This document shows, in pieces, positions 1-12,286 of a stretch of DNA of 64,000 bases. The translations under genes and the position numbers were made by a program. Position 1 is the stretch's first letter. Each line of letters opens with the position of its first letter. The notes beneath the pieces are model-generated. The model searched no databases and was not told where the DNA came from. It saw only the letters and a program-made list of their open reading frames with translations. This stretch comes from Psammoneis japonica (taxonomy: Eukaryota): contig QPGO01000234.1 in assembly GCA_008632985.1 (NCBI GenBank), positions 1 to 64,000 on the forward strand, written 5' to 3'.

Positions 1-94
1 TCAAGTGGGCTTTGATTGCTCACCCTGACGTAGTGGTCCCTATCCTGGAATGCAACTAGGTGCTAATCCTTCACACATAATTTGGATGAAGGGG

Positions 95-1090
95 TGTTGG
101 TCGTTGTTCACCGTAGTCTAGTCTATCTACTGCCCTGCCGTAGCTACTGCTGTATTAGAAGCCCACATTATTGACGCAGGTCAAGCATTCGAGTCGGCGC
201 GGTGGCGGGTCGGATGGAGGAGTCGGAGGGAAGGTTGGAGATTGGGTCGGTCGCGGTCCATCGTGTTGTTCTGTTTTGCCTTGGAGTGCCTGTGAGGCTC
301 TGTGCCTTCTTTGTCCCCATGAAAGCCTTCAGTTTGAGTTGGTGCTCAAGGTTGTTGGGTTTGTGGTTTGGTGCTCGTGTGGGGCAAGGACCATCTGTGC
401 AGGATTGAGTTTGTGATGCTTGGTTGTTTGTCAAACTCCTTGTGTCAGAGCACAAGGCCCCAAAACAAGGCCCCAGCTGGAGATGGAAACCTGGAACAGA
501 GAGAAGCCCAACATGCAAGCAGAAGCAAAGTGGAAACTGTGACCAAAAAGAATGGCATCAAAGATGAGAGCCAGCGCCAGAGTGGGAGGAACCACAACAG
601 CGTGGGCAGCCACAATGTTGGGGCGCCATTGTCCTCAGCCAAAACATCAGCGAGGTGCTGTTCATGTTGCAGGAGAAGCAATTAAAGTGAGGAGTGAGAG
701 CAGCTTGTCTGGCAAAAACCAAAATTCAAGCAAGAAATGTTGGTGCTTCAAAAAGCCAGCATTTGAGGCACCTGCAAAATTCAAAGGGCAAGATGAAGAG
801 CTTCACATGCAAAAACATGCACATGATCGAGTCAGCACCAAGTGGCAGCAAGCCCAGTGCCGAGCCAAAACAGCCAAAGAAATTGCCATCTGCATGGGCA
901 AGAACTGCCAAAGCAGCAACTGTGCATGAGCCACTGCTCAAAACCTTGAAGAGCATGACTTCATTGAAGAGGAGCCAAAGCACCACTCAACAACAAGGCA
1001 TCCACGCCAAGCATCAACAAGGCCACATGATGGTCACAGAGCAAACCAAGGACCAAGTGAGAACATCAAGCCAACATGGAAAAACATGAT
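95..1090 (+). mobile_element. Degenerate LTR retrotransposon fragment (probable Ty1/copia, CoDi-like): LTR, PBS and gag relic
   Basis: Purine tract GATGAAGGGG followed by TGTTGG at 95. TTGTGTCAGAGC at 440-451 matches the tRNA-iMet PBS TGGTATCAGAGC at 10/12. Downstream peptides KFKGQDEEL and QAQCRAKTAKEIAICMGKNC resemble diatom copia gag with Y->C changes. Confidence 0.55.
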
Positions 1091-1099
1091 TCAGAGCTT

Positions 1100-3400
1100 T
1101 TTCTGACTTGGACCAGCTCTGGGTGGGACCTTGCAGCACCAAACTGTGAGTTGTCTTGTGCCACACAAAACTCATGCAGCACACTTCTGCTGGTGCTCTT
1201 TGACAAAACAGCTTCACACATCCTGGTTTGCACAAAGGTGTTTGTTGTGCACCCTGCAGACCACATCATGTCAATGGAAAGCTGGTGAGAGTTGAGCAGG
1301 GTCAAGTGTGTGTGACATTGGCTGGAGTGTGAATGGATGAAAGTGCATGCTTGCAGTTGAAAATCAGTTGGTTCCACAAGCAAAAATGGCTGTGTTTTCA
1401 ACCTTTTCTCCCAGCTGCTGTTGAGTCCACATTTAAATGTCAACCACCCCACAAGTGTGATGTCCAAGTCAACATCACAACACCTCATGCAGGTTCAGAT
1501 GCTTTGCAGATTGTCCAGTGAACTTGGCATTTCACAGAGCTTTGACAACCAAAAAAGATCAGCTCACATTGTGCAGTTGCACAGAGTCAGTGCTGGGTGC
1601 CCACTGGGCATGCTGCAGACTGAAGCAGATGTCACACATGGCCATTGCCAGTCACAGAATTGACCATGTCATGCAGCCACACTTCCAGCCACAGAAGTTG
1701 TGGAGACACTTTCATTCACAAGAGTTGGGAGATGCTCCCTGAAACATGTGATGGAGCATGCACAACAATGGAGACAATGACAAACACCACCCATTTCATG
1801 TGTTGGCATGCCCTGCTGTCTTTTGCAGTTTTGAAATGTCAAGTGTGGACACTTGTGATCAATGCTCTTGTTGTGCACCGCCCTGAGCTTTGACAGTTGT
1901 GCAGAATTCTCTCAAAGAAAACAACCACTTGTGCAGCTGTTGTGGCTTTCAATGCACTGGACAAGAGCCCTGGCACCTCAAACAAAGCAGTTGTGTGAGC
2001 TGGATCAAGAAGCAAAAAGATGGCTCCAACAAAGAGATCACACAGACAAAGAAGTCATGAAAAGTTCTGCACCATTGGATTGTGAGACCTGACTCAGCCA
2101 AACAGTCAGCACTGACCTCATGCACAAATCCCCAGCCAATGATGTCCTGCTCCTTGGAAGAGCCCCCCATGCCAACACAGTTGCTGGGGAGCATGCAGAC
2201 AATCATGTGCACACAAGAACACATCACATGCCACCCGCAACGCCCACCTGATTCTGCACCTCCCGACCCACCCTGGATCACTGTTGAAGCACACACTTCT
2301 TGTGCTCCTGGGACCAAGCCAAAGACAAGATCAGTGATGGGCTCTCAGGACTCTGCCCTGCACACTTTGAGTTGGCCAAATTTGACAAGACATTGTCACA
2401 ACTGGGCACATCAATGGCAAACTTTCCCTTTTTGTTGCTGGCTGCTGCTCCCCAAATGTTGGTGACAGGGGGCAGATCTTCTTGCTCTAAAGAAAGGAAA
2501 GTCTTGGGAATGAAGATGGCGTGCAATGCTGCTGGGGCTCAGATTTGGATTGCAAGGGAGCAATGTGGCAGCCAGAAGGGACACTCAGCAGAAGAAAAGA
2601 CTCTCAACAAGCAAGCACCCATCTTTGACCCAATTTGAGTGGAACAGCTCTTGTCATTGGCCGATGTGGTGGACAATCTTTGCTTGTGCTGCAGCATGGT
2701 GGTCCACTCCTGTGTGTTGCCAGCCATGCAAAGAAAAAGGGCAAAGAACCACCCACAGTTTGTGAGCTCATGATGCTCCAACAAAAGGAGCACACCATTG
2801 AAGCTGCCCACAGATGGTCCAAGAAATCACTTGGGGGCAAATTGTCCAGAAACACCATCCTCTCTGATTTGCACTGCAAAAAGGGATTGATTTGGCTGCC
2901 AAAGATTGGCCACCAAAGACACATGCTCATGGTGCCCCTTGGCACACCTCAAACCAGAAAACTGCTCATGACTGAAGCACAATGCAGCCAGGCTTGGACT
3001 GCAGCAAGCACGCTGATCTTGACTCTTGCTGGAGGCAACTCAACAACCTCTCAGCTGACAAAATCTGCATCTCAGCCAAATGCAGCCATGTCCAGTCTCT
3101 TGTTGACTGCCCCTCTGAGCCACAAAATTTCAAACCTTGTTGATGCCACATGAGCGGCTTTTCCCACAACTCAAAACAAAACAATGCTCTCACAGACGAC
3201 CCCACCACAAAAAAGAGACAAAGTGCTCAAATTGAGGCAAGGCCAACATTTTTTGCACACTGCAAAAAGTGCTGGTCTCAAAACCCCCACCCTTTGCAGC
3301 ACAAGGCCACTGACAACAGCTCGATGAACAGGAGAGCCGCATTTCTGAATGTGTCAAAAATTCACAACCTTGCCACAGTGCTCCACTCAGCTCAATGTTC
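1100..3400 (+). mobile_element. Degenerate non-LTR (LINE, Ambal-like) reverse transcriptase relic
   Basis: Frame-broken motifs SGLCPAHFELAK, MANFPF, IAREQCGSQKGHSA..LNK, VVHSCVLPAMQR and AWTAASTLIL resemble the diatom LINE RT pattern (EQYGSRKG, IVHSVASLAMQR). Boundaries are approximate. Confidence 0.65.
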
Positions 3401-3866
3401 ATGAGCCAAAAGATGATGCACTTTAATTGCAATGTCGATTGATGTGATGATGTGATCATGAGATCACGTGTGATGCTGTGGAGGGTGTCAAATCCGAACC
3501 CTCATCAACATCAATCCAAACCTTCTAAATTGCTTCCTTCAATGAAAGTTGGAGCTTGTGCCGCATCATGCTGCACACCACAGCAATGATGCGCATTGCC
3601 ACCTGCCGAGCATGCACTCTCTGCACAGTGCCTGCGGTGGCCAGAGCAGCTGGTGGCAGAGAGGCCTGTGCTGCTCCACTTCTAAAAGAGCTGCAAGCTA
3701 GAGTGTGGAGCAGGTGGGTCCATCTTCTTTAGCGGAACCTGCCATCTGGCTAGAGAGATGATGAACTTCTGGCTTCTTCAATGGAGCCGCAAGGACGGAG
3801 AAGCAAGTCTGACAAGAGAAGGAAGAGCTCATTTTTTCTCGAGACGAGCGCGTTTCACCATGGCGT

Positions 3867-4619
3867 TTGCACTCCTCCCCAAGACCTCCTTCTCACTCCA
3901 TCATAAAGCTTGCCCCCTCTGCCATTTTGATGCTCCTTGTCACCCTCCCAAGCATGGCCCAGGCTTGCTTCCCGGCCATTCCCGCATGTGAATCCTGCCC
4001 GGAAGGCGTTCGATGTCCCGCCCGATGTCTGAGTCAGAGCTCCTTGGAACTGGACAAGGAGAGCATGGAATGGAAGGAGAACATGGAGCGGTGCAGTCAG
4101 GAAGACATTGACATTTCGTTGGTCATCAATCCTCATGTCATGATGCTGGTTGAGCTGTCTGATCCCGATTCGAGCTGCCTCAAGCTCCTCTTTCACAGTG
4201 CCAATGCAGGCAAGATGATCACTCCCGTGGACCACGAACTTGAACAAGACATTGCTCCCCGCTCCCTCTGCCTGGGAAAGTGCAAGTTCCAAGACTTTGT
4301 GGATGCCTTTGAGGCTGAAACCAAGGGCATTGGCTGCACCATGCCCCTTGACATTGTCGCCAAAAATTGTTCCATTCTCGTCCTGAGCGTCCTCTCGCAG
4401 CTGGAGCTTCCAGCGCGTGACAAAGTTGACCACGTTGTCAAGTTTGCCAAGGAACAGCTTGGAGGCAACCATGGCATCGTTGATTCTCTCAGTGCCAGCC
4501 CCAATCTTGGAACGTTGCTCGGTGGAATGGACAAGGGTCTCGTCGGCGATCAGGGCCTTGTCGACCTCATGGTCGATCACCACATGGCTTCCCACCACTG
4601 CGTCGAAACAAGCACTTAA
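3867..4619 (+). pseudogene. Hypermutated gene copy, secreted protein of unknown function
   Basis: 250-aa gene-like ORF with a hydrophobic N-terminus (ILMLLVTLPSMAQA) and no Tyr; lies inside TpA-depleted domain 1. Confidence 0.45.
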
Positions 4620-5505
4620 AAGGGGCAATCCACCCCAGAGAATTGCTGTGCCAAAGGGATGTGGTGGTGTCAAGTGCAGGCTTGAGGGGAGAGACATGCA
4701 CAGTTTGCATTCACAGCTGTTCCAGGCCTTCCTTTTTTTCAGTGCATTGTTTTGTCAGAACGTGTGCGTGTTCTCGGGGAGAGAGTTCATGCTCATCTGT
4801 TTCAGAAGTTTTTTCAGGCATTCCTGTTTTTGCAGTGCCACACATGTGTTTATAAAGCTTTGCCTTTTTCATGTGCAAGATTGATTCTGTGCTGGGTGAT
4901 GTCAAGTTCTGCATGCTGTGGTGTCAGTTGGACACATTCCCAAGCAATGACATGGGTGCTCGTTGCCAGTGTGATTGGATCGGATGAGAAAATGCAAGTG
5001 CACGACTGTTTCGAAAAGAGAATTCCTCGAGTGTTTGACACAAATGGTGGTGTGCATGTGCCAATGCTGAAACGGCAGCAACAGCACAGTCAGCAGCGTG
5101 AACTGACTTCTTGGGAGTCCAGAAGAGTGCACACTGCAATGTGATGAAATGATCAAACGCGATGCAATGGTGTCACGTGACAACATAAATCCAACCCACC
5201 ACGCCAACTCGTACTACTACACACTCTACCCCTGGAAGTCTCTAGAGAGCTACTTCTGGCTAGAGTGTAGTGCAACTGATTGTGTCATGGGTCTACGATG
5301 TGGTCTCCTGGAAGACACTTGTACCGTAGCTGTGGCGCGCTGCTTTGCGTTGGAGAAAGATATACTTCCGGGTTCAATTTTCGCGATTCAAAAATCAGCA
5401 TACCGGTATGAATATGATGCGATGAATGTTGAATCATCTTGGCATTGCACTGCTGATGCTCTGAGTATACTTCATAGGCTAGTAGTGTTCATGCATCTCG
5501 AAGAC

Positions 5506-6924
5506 ATGTTGAGAATAACCTTATTATGGCTGATGCTGCTGTGTGGTAGCTATGGCTTTCAAACGATACCATCACGACAGCACGCGGTCCGTCACCATCG
5601 GTCAGCTGCTGCTCTAATATCAACAGTGCCAATTCGGCAGCAGAAAGAAACAAACTTGTATTCGAGCGTCGCTACGTCAGCTGTCGAGGCTGTCACCACG
5701 GTCGCGGTGAAAACCACAAGTCACTCCTCCTTTTGGCCCCTGCTGTTTTCCTTTGTCCTTGGTGGATTGTTCTTTTCGTCTGCGTTTGCATTGGTGGCAG
5801 CCGTTTATTCGTTTGGTCGAGAGAACGTCATTCGTCTGGTATCGCTTCTGCTGACTGTGGTGAAACAAGTCTTGGTAGAAGTAAAAGAGATCCTCAAGAC
5901 TGCGGTCACAATTCTCAGGACGGGTGAGGCGAGTGGAGATATGCTGATAAAGGGAATGACTCGGTGGGCCTCAGCTTGGCAGTTCATAAAGGACGGGTGG
6001 AAACGAACCAAGCAATCTGCAGCCAAGGGAGCTCAGGCAATCAAGTTGGAAGCGCGATTCGTTGCGGGGGCAGTGGGACAGCCGGGATTGTCGCTTATCC
6101 AATATGGCTTGGATCGATTAACGCCTTTAACTCTGGCTGGAATAGCTGAAGAGGCGTTTACAGAGGCGTGCAACGATTTTCGAGACACGAGAATTAAACG
6201 CATCAGACTCGAGAACTTTGACATGGGTCGCAAGGCTCCTTTGCTTCAACAAGCACGATTCTACAATGTTGGAGATGACGACTTGGCGATGGACGTTCAA
6301 GTCAAATGGGAATCAGAAATGACGGCAGATGTGTCTGTAACTGGCAAAACCTTGGGCGTTAACATTCCCGTGTCTGTCCGAAATCTTCGTTTCGAAGGTC
6401 CGGTTCGAGTCATTGTCACGTCTCTCCGAAAACGGGCCCCCGGATACGGGGCTCTGTTGGTATCCCTTCCCGAGCCACCAAAGATTGGCTTAGATATCAA
6501 GGTACTAGGAGCTGCGCTAAAATCTGTTCCTTGGCTTAAATCCCAGCTTATTGATAACTTGAGGGAAGCCATTGGAAAAGAGGCACTATGGCCGAGGAGA
6601 CTTGTTGTTCCCGCCATGGCCGTGCCAAAACGCAAAGCAAGTCCGGTTCTTTCCTCGGCAGAGCTTGAAAAACTCAGAAAAGATGATCCAGTTCTAAAAG
6701 CTGAACGCAGTCTTCGAAGAAGGTTTGATAGCAATGTAACTCAGTTTGTGACTGGTGAGGCAAGGTTGAAAGACATGGAGCTCATTGTTGTGGATGAGGA
6801 TTTGGTGAATGGCACAAACGAAACAATGGCAGTCGACGAGCAGCAATCCGAACAAGATGCCTCGACGCCAAGAACTCTGAAAGAGAAATTGCGTTGGAAA
6901 TCTCGCAAGATAGTCAAGAGTTAA
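5506..6924 (+). CDS. SMP/TULIP (synaptotagmin-like) lipid-transfer domain membrane protein, probably plastid-targeted
   Basis: Signal peptide MLRITLLWLMLLCGSYG-F and a TM segment. SMP-like pattern RLENFDMGRKAP...VSVRNLRFEGPVRV...SLPEPPKIGLDI...WPRRLVVP. Start taken at ATG 5506. Confidence 0.75.
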   Translation: MLRITLLWLMLLCGSYGFQTIPSRQHAVRHHRSAAALISTVPIRQQKETNLYSSVATSAVEAVTTVAVKTTSHSSFWPLLFSFVLGGLFFSSAFALVAAVYSFGRENVIRLVSLLLTVVKQVLVEVKEILKTAVTILRTGEASGDMLIKGMTRWASAWQFIKDGWKRTKQSAAKGAQAIKLEARFVAGAVGQPGLSLIQYGLDRLTPLTLAGIAEEAFTEACNDFRDTRIKRIRLENFDMGRKAPLLQQARFYNVGDDDLAMDVQVKWESEMTADVSVTGKTLGVNIPVSVRNLRFEGPVRVIVTSLRKRAPGYGALLVSLPEPPKIGLDIKVLGAALKSVPWLKSQLIDNLREAIGKEALWPRRLVVPAMAVPKRKASPVLSSAELEKLRKDDPVLKAERSLRRRFDSNVTQFVTGEARLKDMELIVVDEDLVNGTNETMAVDEQQSEQDASTPRTLKEKLRWKSRKIVKS

Positions 6925-7374
6925 TGACTAGGATATATTGGGGCTTATTAATGAGAATGTAGCACGTATTAATATTTGGTGGGACAGGAGACGACGAAAA
7001 ATCAAACGGAACGGCTGTTCTTCTCGAAGAAACACTCACTCCTGGCTGAATGTTACTCTCGAACCTTTTGCCTTAGGTAAATGTCGAGAATTTGGTTTCG
7101 CACCGGTGTGCGGAGTCCCTCGTTTTCAATCAGAAGTCCAACCAAGGCATCTACGATCCGGTATATCTTGTCATAAAATCAGTGAGATTAGGATACCCAC
7201 CGTACTGTACCTATGTCATGACGGTCAAGTTGGTGCGCGTGATGTACACAGAAGAAGCTACACGTCGCTCAGAAAAAGAGCAGAAAGCGACTCTAGAAGT
7301 ATCACCACTATAATCGACGGTATCTTTACACCCACAAAGCAATAAAACGTCGCAATTCAACGATATATTCAACT

Positions 7375-8000
7375 TAGTACGACTTTGTGCTTGCATTCAT
7401 CTTTTTCAGAAGCTCTGGAATTCCTGCTCCATCCGTTGCTTCCGGTGCGCGTGCTAGGATCTCTTTAGGCTTGTTTGTGCCATAAAATGCTTCATTGACG
7501 TCAGGAACAACTTGATATCGCCTCGTTCTACCTGAGCTGTAAGCATGACTCCCTTTTCAAAAGTGTACACAAAAGAACCTGCCAACCACCACCCTTTTCT
7601 TTTCCTACATCAAGTTCCATTGCAGCAGTTGCACCCTTACCAGCTGAAAACCTAGGGAAGCGCCGAATTCAAGGTGTCCATGCTCGTTTTCTAATAATTT
7701 CTTCATGGCAAAGTGATTCAGCACGATGCAAATTTCTTTCTTGGACGTTCCAAACGTGGCACCGATTCCAAGACTTCCCAGCGTAACAGCCACGGGAGAG
7801 GACCACGTATCTCCGTTACGACTCAGCAGTAAGCCATTCCCAGACTGCATGCTGACGGCAATCCCATAGGCATTCGAAGAAATCAAAATAACACCGGCAC
7901 AACGCTTGAGAGCAAACTTTGGAACCAACTTTTCAACCGATTCGAACGCTGTGCTTGCATAGGCTACGTAGCCGTCCATTTCTTTGGGATGACTGCTCAT
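7375..8000 (-). CDS. SYLF/Ysc84-domain protein (with apparent single-base frameshifts)
   Basis: GNGLLLSRNGDTWSSPVAV..G.GATFG motif. The C-terminal part (SFVYTFEKG...NEAFYG...KEIL) continues to about 7375 across three 1-nt deletions in short base runs. Confidence 0.7.
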
Positions 8001-8399
8001 GATTCAGAGATGCAATAGCGTGTACTTTACACGATTTCAGTGGGTGATTAGGAATTGTCAACAAGTGAAAGCGGACGGCAGAATTATGCCATTGCGAATT
8101 TTTTCTTGTGGAAGTTTGACGCGTTTGACGTCGTGGATCGCAACTCCGGGTTCTTCGTATCTTATGACATGACAGTACTGAGTATTCACGTAGAACGGAC
8201 ATTTGTTCTGATGTCAAGATCACCAGCACGGCTGGCAGACAGACGCGAACATCACAAATTTTTTTTGGATCAAAATTCAACATCACGCACAAACATCATG
8301 ACACTTCAGCCGACGGCGCTAAAAGTGACCATGATTGCCCTAGATCACAACCAATGGCACCACACTACGGAATCACGTCGCTATAGACCCTCAAAAGCC

Positions 8400-10126
8400 A
8401 TGACAAGAATTAGGTTCATGTCAACCCTAGTAGTGGCCACGTTGGGCCACGTATTTTCGTCAGAGGCTCATGCCGCCGTGTCGACAGCACTCCCATCGAG
8501 TAGGTGTTCACCTCTTTCCAGATATTTGGAAGCACAGGGAGCAACTATAGATGGTATTGCGATTGAGCGATACAGTGAATCGGAGCGGACCATGGTGGCC
8601 ACAAAAGATATGGATAAAGGTCATGTTCTCTTGGTAGGTGTTTTGTGATGCTGTGAAAGAAGAAGATCTGAGTATTTTTGGAGAAATCTAACAATTTTAC
8701 GCTTTTCTTTCTATATTAGCGCATTCCGATTGAGCTGGGAGTAACAGCTCAAAGATCTGTAAAGGAATATGAGGTCGCCAGAGATGCAAATGACATGGCA
8801 GAATCCTTGGGAACTTGCGATGAAGACTTGTTGGCAATCTGGCTCTTGTGCAGGCGAGCTCAGGATCACACCAATGAAGATCCGTACATGGTGTCTCTTC
8901 CAACTTTACAAGAACTATCTCATGTGCCCGCACTATGGGATGAAAAAGATCTAGAGCTGTTAAAGGGGAGCGAGGTGTTTACTCAGCTGACGGAACGAAA
9001 GCATAGGGATGCAGAGTTTTTCCAAAAGTTTTCCAAAGAGAGCGATGCGTTTACCAACATTGCACCGACAATGGATTCGTGGTTGTGGGCAAAGTACAAT
9101 GTACAGACAAGAGCCTTTTCGATAGCCAATCCTCGCCTTGAAACACCGGTTCCAGGCACCTGTGTAGGGGAGTACGAAGAAGACGAACTGAATAAACCGA
9201 CAAGCGCAACACCACGAACGACCATTAACGACGACGAGCAACGGGAGCTTTCGCCAAAGATACCCGCCTTATTTCCGCTTGCAGATATGATAAACCATAT
9301 GCCTTTTGCTGACGGATGCACGTGTGAGTGGGGTATTGAACGAGATTCTGGTGACTTCTTGCTACGGACTATTCGAGATGTTAAAGTGGATTCGGAGCTG
9401 TCAATAGGGTACGGTACACTGTGCCCATCCGCTTCACTCTTAAACTACGGTTTTGTGCACGAGCCAAAGTCATCCGACGAAACAGAGGAAGAAGACGACT
9501 CCTCCAGATCTTCTGCTTTTGCCATCATTCGTCTCTCACCCGAAATCATCCGAAACTGCAAGACGGATGATACGGACGACGACTCTGATGGGGAAACACA
9601 AGAGCTTGTGGACCGGGTCTGGGCCCGTGATGAAGGTAGCTATCCAGATTTAGGTTGGAAACCAATGGAGCGCGCTGTTTCTATTGGAATCGGCACTGCT
9701 GCAGAGGCGAGTACAGTAATGTCACTGTTGCGGGTGGGAGTTGCAAACAAGGAGGAACTTTTGGATCTTCTTGAGGATTTAGACCCACAGGACGAAAGAA
9801 GCATAGCGGCGACAATGGCACGAAGTCCGTTGCGATGGAGAAATGAACGCGAGTCCTTATGGACCTTAGAGCAACTGATGAAGACAAGGTTGAGAGGATT
9901 TCACGCTTCAAAGCTAGGGAAAATCAATGAGTTGACGTTCAACCAAAGGAACGCACTCAAGGCGGTCCAGTCCGAGCAGTCGGTTTTGGATCACTGGCGG
10001 AGACTTGCAAGGATGGCTGGGCATGCGCTTGACAACAATCACGATTCTTTTGATTTCGGTTTACAATACAAAGACCTGTTCAGCGACCTTTTGAGCACAC
10101 ACGAGGAGATTCCAGAAGAAGCTTAA
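8400..10126 (+). CDS. SET-domain lysine methyltransferase (Rubisco LSMT/SETD3-like), 2 exons
   Basis: Exons 8400-8633 and 8720-10126 joined in frame by a GT..AG intron. Motifs RTMVATKD, PLADMINH, ELSIGYG, LLNYGF. Confidence 0.85.
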
Positions 10127-10160
10127 TTCTATTTTCCGTCTACAATGAGTGCTTCAAAAT

Positions 10161-11994
10161 TTATTGCTTAGGAAGACCTTCGCTGCTTGCTTCTGCCAGC
10201 TTTCTAAGATGCCGCCTTACAGCAAACCACCCGGTAGCAGTCAAGAGCATCCCAGCGCTTGACTGCATCGCAAAGTCAAGATTCCCTGAAAAGTCGGCCA
10301 ACGCGCCAGTTCCCGTCGCTCCAAATAGAAAACCTATATCGCCAGCAGTCCTCAGCAATGCAATAGCTTGTGCTCGCTTGGCTTCGTTAACTGCATCTGA
10401 CACATATGCTATTGGTGCAGTGGATAATATCGTACTTCCAATCGCCCAAAGCCCTAATGTTGCAGCCATCTCCGGAGTGGTTGAACAGTAAGGCAACAAT
10501 GCCATTGTACCAGACAGGAGAGAGCACCCACCCACAATTGCAGGTCCCTTTCCCACTCTATCAACGACTCTAGCTACTGATGGATTCCCCAGGACTTGAA
10601 CAAGACTCATACCCATGTACACCTTACCAACGTCCGTTGCCGACATTGCCAGTCCCGAAGAATCCGTCACATGAGTGGCAACAGCGTCATTTGCGAACCA
10701 GCGAGAGCAAACCAGTAAAAGCCATTCATAATCACGACATTGCGGACTCGCGCATCAGACATGAGTGGGGCCCATTGTCCAAGAGCATCTTTCACAGTGG
10801 TCGACCAATCTTTGGTGGCTTGCTGGGTTCCTCCTGCCTTTCTATTTGTCTGCTGTTGCCACGGGAACGTCATGGGCCGCGACTTGCTTTCGCTCAAAAG
10901 TAAATGATTTAATAGGGAGCAACCCATGTATGAAACCCCGACGAGATAAAATGTGGAGCTGATTCCAATATTGTCAGCAAGCATCCCACCCACAGCCGGT
11001 CCCAATGCCGTTCCAGCTGCAAAAGCGGACATGACAGGCGCCATGGTGACGCTCGATTGCGTGGTGTACTTAAATCGGACATTGTGATATATGCTGCTGT
11101 ACTTAACGCTGCAACACCAAAACCAGTAAACAGCCGACACAGATACAAGTGCTCAAAGGACGTTGCCAAACCAATTCCACCGGCACCAACTGCAACTACC
11201 CAAAGCGAGTACACCAGATAGGGCTTTCTTCCATGCCGCTCAACAAGTATTGCACTTGGAATATTTCCAATCATTTTCGCCAAGGCAAAGGCCGACACAA
11301 CGTGCCCGTACTGTCCCGGTGACAAGCCCAAGTCTTCCACCACAAAAGGCATGACCGGTGACGTAATCCCAACGCTGATTCCCACCATTGCAATGGAGAT
11401 TGCAATTGGCATGACCCTTTTTATATCCACCTCAGTGGATTTGGCCTTTATATATGCTGTAAATGCATTTTTATCTAGCGGTGCCTCCGAAAAAGAATTG
11501 AATGCATTCAAAAACCTCGTTGCCTCCTCTTGTGCATATTGAACTTTGATTTTGTGCAGTCTCTCGTCCTTATGGTCCTCCTCCTCAGGAAGCGTTCCGA
11601 TTGCCGCCCTTTCCTGTTCTGATTCTTCGACTCGTTTCAGTATGAATTGTCGTACATGGTTATGATCCATGACTGTGTCATCTTGATGCCGATCATTCTC
11701 GTCTTGTAGAGACGGTTTTGCGTTTACAGCGGAAGAATCGCTTACAATCTCGTCAAACACTCGATGGAGTTCACGACTTCGAAAGGTTTCGAGCTTCAAG
11801 TACTTGTAAATTCGTCGATCTTCCATCACATCATCAACATTGCTGTCGCTTTTGGTACTAAAGGCAAGGGCTTCTGGAAGACGCCAATGAGCAGTCCATT
11901 TTGTTCGCGACTGAATCAACCGCGACTTTGTAAAACGCGTAGAACCCTTCAAGTTATTATGCCTGGCACCAGCAGCTCGCACTAAACTAAACAT
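10161..11994 (-). CDS. MFS transporter with long N-terminal extension (two apparent frameshifts)
   Basis: Three consecutive ORFs (10909-11994, 10667-11045, 10161-10670) form one MFS protein: ERHGRKP and DRVGKGP loop motifs, LGPAVGGMLA. The joins need +1 nt at about 11045 and about 10670. Confidence 0.8.
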
Positions 11995-12286
11995 ATTTGC
12001 TAGAATTTACCAATAAGAGAATGACATCCAACAGTACACAGTTATCTATCTTGCTGACATATTGTCAATCATCGGCACGTTCTGACACATTGACGCGCAA
12101 GAATGATGATCAGAATGGAATTGCACACGCCGTGACGTGGTTAGGCCGATCGCCTGAAAAAGCGCGCGGAATGTTTTGGCGCAGCGTCCGCATCGCACTA
12201 TTATGTTCAGAAACCAGTTTGATGTTGAATGGAACTATTTCTACATGGAGAGTACATTGAGTAGTCATAGCTTCTCTCTAGTTCTT

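Larger units (their letters stand above)
172..5205. other. TpA-depleted hypermutated repeat domain 1
   Basis: Almost no TA over about 5 kb; survivors are mostly TTAA/CTAA (e.g. near 683, 1434, 2488, 3424). ORFs in all frames are nearly Tyr-free and end mostly in TGA. CpG is also scarce in about 430-3500. Confidence 0.9.

Noticed and set aside
168..5144. Dozens of overlapping Cys/His-rich ORFs on both strands (also in 27-35 kb and 40-53 kb)
   Set aside because: They are a by-product of TA loss, which removes TAA and TAG stops in all six frames; not independent genes.
5149..5505. N-terminal extension of the 591-aa ORF
   Set aside because: It crosses the mutated-domain edge and the CTAG patch; the signal peptide begins at ATG 5506.
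7375..11994. Programmed frameshifting or pseudogenisation in the SYLF and MFS genes (also the KNL1-like and sulfotransferase-like genes)
   Set aside because: The breaks I resolved are 1-nt deletions, mostly in short base runs, in otherwise intact genes. Long-read consensus error is more likely; read-level checking is needed.
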